Source: Bacteroidota bacterium
GTDB taxonomy: Bacteria > Bacteroidota > Bacteroidia > Bacteroidales > FEN-979
Length of the DNA stretch: 64,000 nt
Assembly: GCA_026391715.1 (NCBI GenBank)
Contig: JAPLDO010000045.1
Coordinates: 73,758-137,757, forward strand
Direction of reading: 5' to 3'
The position numbers and the translations under genes were made by a program. The notes below the pieces were generated by a model, which had not been told where the DNA came from, made no database searches, and saw only the letters and a program-made list of their open reading frames with translations. Positions 36,676-46,788 of the stretch are shown piece by piece. How positions within the stretch are numbered: the stretch's first letter is position 1; each line of letters begins with the position of its first letter.

Positions 36676-39663
36676 TTATTGTACAACCACCTTTTCGCTG
36701 TAAGACCGCTCGTTAACCGATAATCGAATAAAATAAATACCTTTTGAGAATCGCGACATATCAAGTTTCTTCCTGAATTCACTTCCGGAAACATTGAGTT
36801 TTTCTGATAAAAGAACTTTCCCGTTCAGGTCGGTGATGGTTAAATCGAGTGATTTTTCCTTACCGGCGATATTGATAGTCAGTTCTTCTTTTACCGGGTT
36901 CGGATAGATTTTTACAACCGATTCCAGATCTTTCTGTCCAATCCCTCCACAGTTATGCACTGATATTGCTTTAGCAGATTCTGTTCCGGAGCCACAATCA
37001 TTAGTTCCTTTTATAATAATATTTCCTGATTGTGCCGTACCGCTTATTGATAAGGTAACCACATTCGTTCCTTGTCCGGCAGTGATGGTAACGCCCTGGG
37101 GCAGTGTCCATTCATATCCGGTAGCGCCTGTAATGACTGGAATGCTGAAAACATAGTTTCCTTCTCCCTGGCAAACTGTATCCTGACCAGCAATGACGCC
37201 AGCCGGTTCCGGGATCGAATTTACGGCAACCTGTTTTGAAACAGTCGGACCGGTTCCGCAATCATTTGTAAGGAAAACTGCCACATCCCCGGCATTAATA
37301 CCCCACATAACGTTGATTGTTTCGGTTCCCTGACCGCTTTGGATTGTAGCGTCGGCAGGAACCGACCAATTGAATGTAACGCTTCCTCCTGTATAAGATG
37401 TAGAAAAAGTAGCTTGAGTACTTTTACAAAGAATATCAGGACCACTCACGGCTGCAGGACTTACAGGAGGCATATTAACCAAAACCGGAAGAATGGAGGC
37501 GATTGGATTTGGGCCACAATCATTACTTACAGTAACCTGAAGATCGCCGGAGGCGTTTCCCCATTTAACTGTAATTGCCGGAGTGTTCTGCCCTTGCAGA
37601 ATCGTAGCCTCGGCAGGAACAATCCATGAGTAACTGATTCCGCCAACCACTTCAACAACTGAATATTCAGCGGTATCGCCATTGCAAACGCTCTGCAATC
37701 CGGCAATCGGACCTGGCGCTTCCGGAGCGTGGTTTACAGTTATCAGAACACTATCGGTAGCGGTATTTGAAGCATTATCGGAAACTGTGATGCGGTACAT
37801 TGTGGTTGCAGTAGGAATAGCGAACGTGGTAGCGCTGGTTGGGTTTACAATGCCTGTAACAGGGGTCCATGAATATGTAAACGGAGGAGTTCCACCAAGA
37901 ATGTTTACGCTTAATTCTGTCATCAAACCCTGACAGATGGTTGTGGGGCTTGCGCTTGCTGTTGCTACAAATACGTTTCCCTGAAGCACCTTGATGGTTG
38001 CTGTGCGTTTATGCGCCGGCGTGCCATTGGGTCCGGTTGCCAAAAATGTAGCCATATAAGTTCCAATGGGAACATCGCCACTGAGCGATAATTTTACCGG
38101 CAATGAAGAGGGGTAACTGGTTATTGTGGTTCCGGAAGGAAATTCAAACGTAATTGAACCTGCGGTAGGAACAGGAGTAATTGAACCAGACAAAATCACA
38201 GAATCGGTATATAGTTTTACGGCAGGAATAGAAACCTGGAAGGTTGTATTATCAAATGGAGCATAAAGCGTATCCGATGCTTTATCAATAGCCATGGCAT
38301 AGTCGGGAAAATATCCGGTCATACTCTGGAAAGTTCCTGCGCGAAAATCTGTCCAACCCAGCATGGAAACTTTTTTATTTGAAACCACCCCATTGTAGTC
38401 GCCTTGATAAGCCGGGGTTCCACCGCCACCACAAGTGGGACAGTTAATTTTCATTTTTTTGTTCGAGATACGCTGATTTTCCACCCAAGTGGCTCCGCCG
38501 TCAGTGGAATAGGAAGCATAAATAAAAGCGCTGTCGTTTGTAGGCGTATCGCGTGTATCCATCCACATGGCATACAATTTTCCGGTCTCCTTATCACACC
38601 AGATAGCGGGATGCCATTGCTGAAAGTTCTGGGTATTAGGATCGTCGTTTATGCGAACGGATGAACTCCATGTAGCGCCGCCGTCGGATGAGCTGCGACA
38701 CCAAACATCGGACTTTGTGTTTGCGCCGGGAGGATCATTGGAGGCGTAAACACAATAAAGTTTTCCGCGGTTTGCGCCATAACTGTTATCAGCGGCGATC
38801 ATAGGATATGGACGGGTACGCATATTCGACACCGAATTTCTGCCACCCACCTGCGATCCCACTGTATTTGACCATTGCTGAGAAGACTTTTGAACAAAAG
38901 TGGAGCCGCCATTTGTTGAAAGATAAAATGTATAAACAGAACTAAATGAACTTCCACTGTTGGTTACCACATAAACAGAGCCGCCCTGAATATTACTTTG
39001 CGGACCAACGCACACCATCATACCGGGAAGCGACTGTGTAGTTGGCGCAAAAGTTGAAGTAAATGTTGCTCCGTTATCAATGCTTCTGGCAAAATTTCCA
39101 ACGCCGTTGTTTGTCATTGTAGTATAAATATAGTTAGCATAAGGACCTGAAGTTTGGTCGCAAGCAAGCCAGTTTTTATCATTTCCTGCAATTGCAGTAA
39201 CCGACGTACCCCATGTTGCGCCGTTTGTAGTAGATTTTATTACTTTACAACCGGATATGCTTCCATACATGTTTTCATAAAAAAGATTTCCTATACTATC
39301 ATAACATACAACCGGGTCTCCCGCCATTGTAGCTCCGAAAGCCGGGTTGTTCTTCGCCCAGTCAATGCCATTTTCAGTATGATGCGTTTCATTGGTGTTG
39401 TAGGCTGTAAAAAACCATGTAGGATGATTGGGATCGGTTGCCATGTTGTTTTCTGCAAAATCAACGCCCAGACTGTAATTATCCCAGTTATCAATTGTAA
39501 CTACAGCCGAATTGGCAGTTGTTCCGTCGCTTGTTGCCGAGCCACGCTCACGAAGGTATTGAGGAATTTGATCAAGATTGGGATTATCCCCCTTGAACTG
39601 TGCAAAACTCTGGTTTGCAAACAATAGGACAAAGAGCAAACCAACTAAAGTAAAGACTTTCAT
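36676..39663 (-). CDS. Secreted BNR/Asp-box beta-propeller protein with Ig/PKD-like repeats and T9SS C-terminal sorting domain
   Basis: Asp-box motifs SIDNGATF, STNGGSTF, SSDGGATW and STDGGATW. Three paralogous modules of about 85 aa each end in ...NDCG. The C-terminal KIYPNPVKEELTINI...YFIRL is a type-A T9SS CTD. Confidence 0.8.
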   Translation of the reverse strand: MKVFTLVGLLFVLLFANQSFAQFKGDNPNLDQIPQYLRERGSATSDGTTANSAVVTIDNWDNYSLGVDFAENNMATDPNHPTWFFTAYNTNETHHTENGIDWAKNNPAFGATMAGDPVVCYDSIGNLFYENMYGSISGCKVIKSTTNGATWGTSVTAIAGNDKNWLACDQTSGPYANYIYTTMTNNGVGNFARSIDNGATFTSTFAPTTQSLPGMMVCVGPQSNIQGGSVYVVTNSGSSFSSVYTFYLSTNGGSTFVQKSSQQWSNTVGSQVGGRNSVSNMRTRPYPMIAADNSYGANRGKLYCVYASNDPPGANTKSDVWCRSSSDGGATWSSSVRINDDPNTQNFQQWHPAIWCDKETGKLYAMWMDTRDTPTNDSAFIYASYSTDGGATWVENQRISNKKMKINCPTCGGGGTPAYQGDYNGVVSNKKVSMLGWTDFRAGTFQSMTGYFPDYAMAIDKASDTLYAPFDNTTFQVSIPAVKLYTDSVILSGSITPVPTAGSITFEFPSGTTITSYPSSLPVKLSLSGDVPIGTYMATFLATGPNGTPAHKRTATIKVLQGNVFVATASASPTTICQGLMTELSVNILGGTPPFTYSWTPVTGIVNPTSATTFAIPTATTMYRITVSDNASNTATDSVLITVNHAPEAPGPIAGLQSVCNGDTAEYSVVEVVGGISYSWIVPAEATILQGQNTPAITVKWGNASGDLQVTVSNDCGPNPIASILPVLVNMPPVSPAAVSGPDILCKSTQATFSTSYTGGSVTFNWSVPADATIQSGQGTETINVMWGINAGDVAVFLTNDCGTGPTVSKQVAVNSIPEPAGVIAGQDTVCQGEGNYVFSIPVITGATGYEWTLPQGVTITAGQGTNVVTLSISGTAQSGNIIIKGTNDCGSGTESAKAISVHNCGGIGQKDLESVVKIYPNPVKEELTINIAGKEKSLDLTITDLNGKVLLSEKLNVSGSEFRKKLDMSRFSKGIYFIRLSVNERSYSEKVVVQ

Positions 39664-39815
39664 AAAATTTTGATTTTTGGTTTATAGATAGATTTTCTAC
39701 CTACAAACTTACAAAAAACTTATTTATCAGCAACTTAATAACAAATAAATAAATGATGTTATCTTTGTGGCTCACGGTGTAACCTTTGCGCAACCCTGCC
39801 GTCAAAAAGTTCCGG

Positions 39816-40382
39816 ATGAAATACCACGACGACAACTATTACATTGATCGCGTACTCAGCGGCGATGTTAGCGCTTATGCCCAACTGGTTGCCAAACACA
39901 AAAACCTGGTTTTCTCTATTGCTTTAAAAATACTGAATAATCGGGAAGATGCCGAAGAGATTGCCCAGGATTGTTTTCTCAAGGTATTTCATGCGTTGAA
40001 AACATTTGAAAGGAAATCGAAATTCCCGACATGGCTATACAGGATAGTTTACAACGCTGCAATTTCAAAAACCCGGAAAAAGAAACCCGATCTTGTTCCA
40101 ATGGATGATTATGTAATACATAATTATAGTGAAAAGGATGTTTCAGAAGGAATCTATGACATTGATCCCGATATTCAGAAAGCATTGATCGAAAAAGCAA
40201 TGTCGAAACTAAGCGATGATGAAAGTTTGTTGATAACACTATTTTACCATGGAGAAAACTCAATTGAAGAAATCAGCGGTATCACAGGGCTTACCATGTC
40301 GAATGTCAAAGTGAGGCTACACAGAATACGAAAGAAACTGCATGACGACCTCTATGTGACGATGAAACGGGCATTAGCCTGA
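39816..40382 (+). CDS. ECF-type RNA polymerase sigma-70 factor
   Basis: Region 2 (AEEIAQDCFLKVF...FPTWLYRIVYNAAI) and region 4 (EEISGITGLTMSNVKVRLHRIRKKL). Confidence 0.9.
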   Translation: MKYHDDNYYIDRVLSGDVSAYAQLVAKHKNLVFSIALKILNNREDAEEIAQDCFLKVFHALKTFERKSKFPTWLYRIVYNAAISKTRKKKPDLVPMDDYVIHNYSEKDVSEGIYDIDPDIQKALIEKAMSKLSDDESLLITLFYHGENSIEEISGITGLTMSNVKVRLHRIRKKLHDDLYVTMKRALA

Positions 40383-40407
40383 TAAATATTTTTAATTTTG
40401 CACAACT

Positions 40408-40821
40408 ATGGAAAAAGAAGAAGTAAAAAACGATGATTATCTAAGCAGGTTGATACGACAAATTCCGCTTGAAAGTCCTTCGGATGACTTTGTGAATAAT
40501 GTAATGGCGGTAATTCAGTCAGAATCTGTGGTTGTTACCGGGAAAAAATCCTTCTTTCCGTCATTCAACTCAGCACTGCCCTACGTAGCGGTAATATTGT
40601 TTTGCATTGTGATTTTTGCCACTTCCGATCTGCCTTTCCTGAATAGAATTCCAGCAAAAGGTTACTTTTTGAATGATATCCTTCCTTATTTTGGCGCTCT
40701 TGTCGCCGGTATAAAGGCAGCGTTTACTTCAAAATATGTTACCTGGGGATTGCTTGTTGGTTTAGCCGGTGGATTGCTTTTTTTTGTTGACCGTTTTCTC
40801 AGCAGGCGCAGCGCCATTTAA
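40408..40821 (+). CDS. Membrane protein downstream of the ECF sigma (possible anti-sigma factor)
   Basis: 137 aa with 3 TM segments, positioned 25 nt after the sigma gene. Position-based inference only. Confidence 0.35.
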   Translation: MEKEEVKNDDYLSRLIRQIPLESPSDDFVNNVMAVIQSESVVVTGKKSFFPSFNSALPYVAVILFCIVIFATSDLPFLNRIPAKGYFLNDILPYFGALVAGIKAAFTSKYVTWGLLVGLAGGLLFFVDRFLSRRSAI

Positions 40822-42194
40822 ATATGGGTTTCTTTCCACTGTTCCTTAAAACTTTTTGGCGCTATTCTCGGTAAGGAACGACGATTTCCCCACATTTTTT
40901 TTCCAAAACGGCTAATCATTTTGTTTTTCAGCCCCGACTTTGGTTTATCAATCATCCAACGGTGAAGCATAACCGTTTTCCATCCGCTAACGATGACGCG
41001 CCAGGTAAACGAAACGTATTTCTTTACCACTGCTTCATGACGGTTATGCAACAGTAACTCATGAAGCGGTATTTTTACAGGGCATACCTCCGTGCATTTT
41101 CCGCAAAGCGAGGAGGCAAAACTCAGGTGATTATACTCTTTCATTCCGAGGTAATGGGGTGAAATGACGGAACCAATCGGACCAGAATATGTTGCATTGT
41201 AAGTATATCCTCCAACGCTTTTATAAATAGGACAACCGTTCAAACAGGCGCCGCAACGTATGCAGGAAAGCGCTCTGCGTTGTTCCCTGAATTTGAGCAG
41301 TTCGGTGCGACGATTATCCAGCAGTATTACATACATCTCCTCCGGTCCATCCGGTTCAAACTCGGTTCGTGGTCCAAATACAATATTATTATAAACCGTG
41401 ATATGCTGACCGGTTCCATGCTGCGCAAGTAACGGAAGAAATAAATCGAGATCTTCAAGCGAAGGAATGAGTTTTTCAATACCGACTATGACAATATGAA
41501 TTTTTGGGAAAGCTATTGTGAGTAACCCGTTTCCTTCATTCTCAGTTAGTGAAACAGCTCCAACATCGGCAATGAGAAAATTCCCGCCGGTAATTCCCAC
41601 GTCGGCTCTCAAAAACTCACCACGAAGTTTTTCCCTCACAAATTGAGTTATCTGTTCTGGTTTGCTGTGAGGCGGTAAATTAAATTTTTCATGAAACAAC
41701 TGCGCTACATCTTCTTTTGATTTGTGCATTGCAGGCGTCAGAATGTGGTATGGTTTTTCACCGGCAATCTGAACTATGTATTCGCCAAGATCAGTTTCAA
41801 ATACTTCCCGCTTATTTTTTTCCAAAGCCTCGTTCAACTCCAACTCCTCCGAAACCATGGTCTTTTGCTTTACGATTACCTGTGACCTTGACTTTTTTAG
41901 TATATGGAGAATTTCACGTACCGCATCCTTCTCATTCGAAGCCCAGATTACCTTTCCGCCTCTTTTACTGAAATTATTTTCAAATTCAACAAGATACCTA
42001 TCGAGATTGTTGATTATTTTATGTTTGATATTGGCTGCGCGCCGTTTTGCCAGTTCCAGGTTTTTAAATTGTCTTTCTCCTTTTTCAACCTGCTCATTGT
42101 ACCTGCCAATATTATGATTAAGGCGCTTACGATGCTCTGTATCGAACGATTTTAGTTCGGCATCCTCCAAAAATTTATGATATATATGACTCAT
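40818..42194 (-). CDS. lutB: LutB/LldF-type iron-sulfur protein (LUD domain plus 2x[4Fe-4S])
   Basis: CIRCGACLNGCP and CGKCTEVCP clusters after a LUD-like domain. Start at MSHIYHKF (42194), which avoids overlapping rpiB. Confidence 0.75.
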   Translation of the reverse strand: MSHIYHKFLEDAELKSFDTEHRKRLNHNIGRYNEQVEKGERQFKNLELAKRRAANIKHKIINNLDRYLVEFENNFSKRGGKVIWASNEKDAVREILHILKKSRSQVIVKQKTMVSEELELNEALEKNKREVFETDLGEYIVQIAGEKPYHILTPAMHKSKEDVAQLFHEKFNLPPHSKPEQITQFVREKLRGEFLRADVGITGGNFLIADVGAVSLTENEGNGLLTIAFPKIHIVIVGIEKLIPSLEDLDLFLPLLAQHGTGQHITVYNNIVFGPRTEFEPDGPEEMYVILLDNRRTELLKFREQRRALSCIRCGACLNGCPIYKSVGGYTYNATYSGPIGSVISPHYLGMKEYNHLSFASSLCGKCTEVCPVKIPLHELLLHNRHEAVVKKYVSFTWRVIVSGWKTVMLHRWMIDKPKSGLKNKMISRFGKKMWGNRRSLPRIAPKSFKEQWKETHI

Positions 42195-42204
42195 TCTGTA
42201 TTCC

Positions 42205-42642
42205 TTATAATATTTTTGAAATTTTTTCAACACGTTTTTGATGCCTGCCTCCCTCAAAATCAGTTTCAAGGAAAATCAATGAAAATTTTACCGCCTCATC
42301 AAGGCTGATAAATCGGGCAGGCAATGCAAGGATATTAGCGTTATTGTGCTTTCTCGCCAAACTGGTTATTTCATCATTCCAGCATAAGGCAGCTCTAATT
42401 CCTGTATATTTGTTGGCAGTTATGGCTACGCCGTTGCCACTGCCACAAATCAGTATTCCAAAGTTATAAATTCCTGATTGAACATCATTTGCCAGTGGGT
42501 GAGCGGTATCGGGGTAATCCATTGACTTTTCAGAATTTGTTCCATAATCCTGAAAAAAATAGCCTTGAGAGCTCAACTTGCATATTATATATTCCTTCAT
42601 GGAAAAACCCGCATGATCGCTTCCGATAGCAATTTTCATCAC
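42205..42642 (-). CDS. rpiB: Ribose-5-phosphate isomerase B
   Basis: MKIAIGSDHAGF...ILICGSGNGVAITANK...RKHNNANILALPARF are typical RpiB/LacAB motifs. Confidence 0.9.
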   Translation of the reverse strand: MMKIAIGSDHAGFSMKEYIICKLSSQGYFFQDYGTNSEKSMDYPDTAHPLANDVQSGIYNFGILICGSGNGVAITANKYTGIRAALCWNDEITSLARKHNNANILALPARFISLDEAVKFSLIFLETDFEGGRHQKRVEKISKIL

Positions 42643-43122
42643 AAAATCAACAGTTGTTAATTATTTTTTTTACAAATGTACGCTAAACCCATCATTATGA
42701 ATCAAAAAGAAATTTGCCTGTTTTATAGTATCCTCAAAATCAAAATTTTATTTTTTTAACATGCAATTGTTAACAACTCATTACTTTTGTGATTAAATGT
42801 TGATAAAAAATGAAAAATGTTAATAACTAATGCCACATGGAATATGTTTTTAGAAGTTAGCAATATTTTATCAATAGTTTTGAACACAATTTTATGTTGC
42901 ACCAACGTTCGTGTTATTAACAAAAAATGTTATTAACAATTGTTAGTAACTAATATAATTATTAAATATACAATAATTTAAAATTTATAATTTGTTAATA
43001 AAATGTTCATCATTTCTTAAAATTTTAAAATCAAAGGTTTTTAATGAAAATTAATCAACAATACTAACAGCCATTAATATAAATACATATAAATATATTC
43101 TTTTTATTATTAAAGAAAAAAA

Positions 43123-44058
43123 ATGATTGGAAAAACAACCAAACTGATTGAACGTATTCAACGCCTGAAAAGGGATAAAAACGCTGTAATTCTGGCACAT
43201 TATTATCAGGTTCCTGAAATACAAGACGTTGCTGATTTTGTTGGCGATAGCCTTGGTTTATCTCAAAATGCTTTGAATACAAATGCCTCAATCATCGTTT
43301 TTGCCGGAGTTCATTTTATGGCTGAGACTGCAAAAATTCTAAACCCAAACAAAAAGGTTCTGATTCCCGATCTGATGGCAGGTTGTTCACTGGCTGATTC
43401 ATGTCCTGCCGACAAGTTTGCCAGCTTTAAGAAGATGAACCCGGATCACCTTGTAATATCTTACATCAATTGTTCGGCTGCGGTTAAAACCATGTCGGAT
43501 GTGATTTGTACTTCAAGTAACGCAATAACAATTGTTGAATCTTTTCCCAAAGAGCAAAAGCTGATTTTTGCGCCTGATAAAAACCTTGGTAGATATATAA
43601 ATGCAAAAACTGGACGGAATATGCTGCTTTGGGATGGTAGTTGCGAAGTGCATGACATGATAAAGGTTGAAGCAGTTATAAAAATGAAGGCAGATAACCC
43701 CGATGCTTTACTAATAGCTCATCCCGAATGTAAAGCAATTATTCTTGAACTTGCCGATTATATTGGTTCCACAACTGGATTGCTTAATTTTACCGAAAAA
43801 AACAGCGCTACGAAATTCATTGTCGCAACGGAAACAGGTATTCTTCATCAGATGAAAAAAACGTCGCCGTATAAAGAATTTTTAATTGTTCCTTCCGATT
43901 CTACATGCTCATGTAACGATTGTCCTTATATGAAAATGAATACAATTGAAAAACTTTACAACTGTCTGAAAACGGAAATACCAGAAATAACATTGCCGGA
44001 AGACGTTATTGAAATGGCAAAAAAACCGATTATGCGAATGTTAGAACTATCTGTTTAA
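43123..44058 (+). CDS. nadA: Quinolinate synthase NadA
   Basis: ILAHYYQ.PEIQD.ADFVGDS, VHFMAETAKIL, and conserved Cys residues (MAGCSLA, INCSA, GSCEVH). Confidence 0.95.
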   Translation: MIGKTTKLIERIQRLKRDKNAVILAHYYQVPEIQDVADFVGDSLGLSQNALNTNASIIVFAGVHFMAETAKILNPNKKVLIPDLMAGCSLADSCPADKFASFKKMNPDHLVISYINCSAAVKTMSDVICTSSNAITIVESFPKEQKLIFAPDKNLGRYINAKTGRNMLLWDGSCEVHDMIKVEAVIKMKADNPDALLIAHPECKAIILELADYIGSTTGLLNFTEKNSATKFIVATETGILHQMKKTSPYKEFLIVPSDSTCSCNDCPYMKMNTIEKLYNCLKTEIPEITLPEDVIEMAKKPIMRMLELSV

Positions 44059-44118
44059 TCTGCCTCTACTATCTCTTTCCTATTTTTAAGGAAAAGGTGG
44101 CGGCATTTGATATTGTCT

Positions 44119-45687
44119 ATGAAATCAATGCAAATAATTATTCATATTAAATTAATCCTTATCATCACAGGAATTCTGGTTTATTCAATTGGATTTTGTC
44201 AGGATACTATTCAAAAAGATGGTTATCAAAAATTTTATTTTGCCGATGGAAAAGTTTCGAGCGAAGGTTATATAAAAAACGGAAAACCTGATGGTTACTG
44301 GAAATCTTATAATCAAAACGGAAAATTGAAATCAGAGGGAAACCGGAGAAATTTTGAACTCGACAGTCTATGGAAGTTTTATAATCAGGATGGAAAACTG
44401 CTGCTTGAAATTAATTATCTTGCCGGTAAAAAGAATGGAATAAAGTCAACATACGCTGAAAATGAAATAATCAGGGAACTTTTCAAAAATGATATAAAAG
44501 ATGGATATACCCGGATTTATTTCAATGACGGTAAAATAAAACAGGAAATTCCGTTTATAAAAGGACAGGAACAGGGGTTTGGAAAGGAGTATAATTCAAA
44601 TGGAGTCATTATAACTTTAACCGAGTACAAAAAAGGATTTATTGTTGACCGGCTCAGGATCAACAGAACTGATGGTTCAGGTCGTAAGCAGGGCAGATGG
44701 TTTACATTTTATGAAACTGGTAATCTTCAGTCGGAAGCGGGTTACAAGGATAATCTGAAACATGGCTATTATAAGGAATATGCTGAGAATGGCGATCTGA
44801 TTAAAATTTTGAAATATTCTGATGGAATTCTACAGCAGGAAGCTGCGGAAATTCAGAAACTCGACATTCAAAACGAATATTATTCCAACGGAAAAGTTAA
44901 AATAAGCGCGATGTTTCGGAATGGGGTACCTGAAGGTATTCTGCGTCAATATGATTCGACAGGTGTGGTTGAGAAAGCCTTTTTATACAAAAACGGGCAG
45001 GTTGTTGGTGAAGGAATTGTAAAAGATGACGGAAACAGAGACGGGGCATGGAAAGATTTTTATCCCGACGGGTCTTTGAAATCTCAGGGTAATTATAATA
45101 ACGGCAAACAAACAGGCGAATGGAAATTCTATTATCCTGATGGAAAAGTTGAACAAACCGGAAAATTCAACAAATCGGGAAAATTAGATGGCGTATGGAA
45201 ATGGTATTTCGATACCGGGCAACTCCAGGTTGAGGAAAATTACAAGGCAGGAGTGAAGGATGGACTTTCGACAACATATAATGAGAGCGGAAAAGTTATT
45301 GAGGAAGGCGAATTCATTGACGGTAATGAGGATGGCGCCTGGTTCGAACAAACCGGCGATACATATATGAAAGGTTCATATCGCGACGGAATGCGAAACG
45401 GAATGTGGTCTTATTATTATCTGAATAACAATGAAACCGGCGCCGATAGCCTTTGCTATTTCCGGGGTAATTTTATTGAAGACAATCCCAATGGAAAACA
45501 TATTTGTTACTATGAAAACGGCAAAGTTAAAACCGAGGGTAGTTATGTGATGGGAAAAAAGGAAAAGGATTGGTATCTGTATAATGAAGATGGTACTTTA
45601 TTTCTGATCATTACATACAGATCGGGAATAGAAATCAGATATGATGGAGTAAAAATTAAACCAGCGTATGAAAAGGAGGATGAGTAA
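44119..45687 (+). CDS. MORN-repeat (YwqK-type) protein, secreted or membrane-anchored
   Basis: More than 15 repeats of the G.K.G.W..YY.NGK pattern after an N-terminal hydrophobic segment. Confidence 0.8.
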   Translation: MKSMQIIIHIKLILIITGILVYSIGFCQDTIQKDGYQKFYFADGKVSSEGYIKNGKPDGYWKSYNQNGKLKSEGNRRNFELDSLWKFYNQDGKLLLEINYLAGKKNGIKSTYAENEIIRELFKNDIKDGYTRIYFNDGKIKQEIPFIKGQEQGFGKEYNSNGVIITLTEYKKGFIVDRLRINRTDGSGRKQGRWFTFYETGNLQSEAGYKDNLKHGYYKEYAENGDLIKILKYSDGILQQEAAEIQKLDIQNEYYSNGKVKISAMFRNGVPEGILRQYDSTGVVEKAFLYKNGQVVGEGIVKDDGNRDGAWKDFYPDGSLKSQGNYNNGKQTGEWKFYYPDGKVEQTGKFNKSGKLDGVWKWYFDTGQLQVEENYKAGVKDGLSTTYNESGKVIEEGEFIDGNEDGAWFEQTGDTYMKGSYRDGMRNGMWSYYYLNNNETGADSLCYFRGNFIEDNPNGKHICYYENGKVKTEGSYVMGKKEKDWYLYNEDGTLFLIITYRSGIEIRYDGVKIKPAYEKEDE

Positions 45688-46782
45688 ATGAAACCGGAAA
45701 AACCCAAAATTATCCGTCGTAAACCGTTAGGTAATTCAAAAGAAGAGCCTATGATAATCCATCGTAAACCGGCAGGAAATGAAAAAGAAGAGCATAAGAT
45801 AATACGCCGTAAACCGACGGGTTATGAAAAAAAAGAGACAAAGATAGTCCACCGTAAACCGATGGGTTTTGAAAAAGAAGCGACAAAGATTGTTAGACGT
45901 AAACCGGCAGAAAATGAAAAAGAAGAACCTAAGATAATACGCCGTAAACCGACGGGTTATGAAAAAAAAGAGACAAAGATAGTCCACCGTAAACCGATGG
46001 ATGATGAAAAAGAAGAGACAAAAACAGTTCGTCGGAAAAAAATAAGTAATGAAAATGAAGACCTGCTCCGCTTGAATAAATATATTGCCAATTCGGGAAT
46101 TTGTTCGCGACGGGAGGCTGATAAAATGATCGAAGCAGGAATGGTTTCTGTAAATGGTAAAATTGTGACCGAACTCGGCACAAAGGTGAGTTTAACCGAT
46201 AAGGTGAAATATGCAGATGAAATCATCAATCGCGAAAAACCCAGATATTTGCTTTTGAATAAACCAAAGGGTTTCATTACTACAGTTGACGATCCTGAAA
46301 ATCGAAAAACTGTAATGACTTTGGTTGCCGGCGCCTGTAAGGAGCGAATTTATCCTGTGGGCAGACTTGACCGGAATACAACAGGTTTATTGCTCTTCAC
46401 AAACGATGGCAATATTGCCAAGAAACTAAGTCATCCGCGTTACGGAATAAAAAAAATCTATCATATTGAATTGGAAAAATCGTTAACGAGGGCTGATTAT
46501 GACAAGATTTCGGAAGGATTTAAACTCGAAGATGATTTTGTAAAAGTTGACGCGATAGAATACATTGGCGACGGCAAGGATAAGAAACAGATTGGCATTG
46601 AGTTACATTCAGGAAAAAACCGCATTGTCAGACGTATTTTTGAATTTATGGCTTATGAAGTAGTTCGGCTTGACCGGGTTTATTATGCCGGACTCACAAA
46701 AAAGAACTTACCTCGCGGTACCTGGCGTTTTCTTGAAGAACAGGAGATAAACATGTTAAAAATGATCAGTTCAAAACCGTGA
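45688..46782 (+). CDS. RluB/RsuA-family pseudouridine synthase with repetitive basic N-terminal extension
   Basis: S4 domain (RLNKYIANSGICSRREADKMI..G.V.VNG) and the catalytic motif YPVGRLDRNTTGLLLFTNDG. Preceded by about 120 aa of 15-aa repeats. Confidence 0.85.
   Translation: MKPEKPKIIRRKPLGNSKEEPMIIHRKPAGNEKEEHKIIRRKPTGYEKKETKIVHRKPMGFEKEATKIVRRKPAENEKEEPKIIRRKPTGYEKKETKIVHRKPMDDEKEETKTVRRKKISNENEDLLRLNKYIANSGICSRREADKMIEAGMVSVNGKIVTELGTKVSLTDKVKYADEIINREKPRYLLLNKPKGFITTVDDPENRKTVMTLVAGACKERIYPVGRLDRNTTGLLLFTNDGNIAKKLSHPRYGIKKIYHIELEKSLTRADYDKISEGFKLEDDFVKVDAIEYIGDGKDKKQIGIELHSGKNRIVRRIFEFMAYEVVRLDRVYYAGLTKKNLPRGTWRFLEEQEINMLKMISSKP
45700..46062 (+). repeat. Eight tandem 45-bp coding repeats (15-aa unit I[IV][RH]RKP.G.EKEE.K)
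   Basis: Repeats read directly from the translation. Includes an exact 71-bp duplicate at 45795-45865 and 45930-46000 (135-bp offset). Confidence 0.9.
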
Positions 46783-46788
46783 AACAAG

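Noticed and set aside
42643-43122. AT-rich region as a replication origin (mnmG/gidA is in the window)
   Set aside because: I found no TTATCCACA-type DnaA boxes in it, no dnaA or dnaN is nearby, and it lies 30 kb from mnmG. It is kept only as a regulatory-region candidate.
45736-46277. Three overlapping minus-strand ORFs of 83-106 aa
   Set aside because: These are artefacts of the 45-bp tandem coding repeat in the pseudouridine synthase gene; the repeat is stop-free on the reverse strand.
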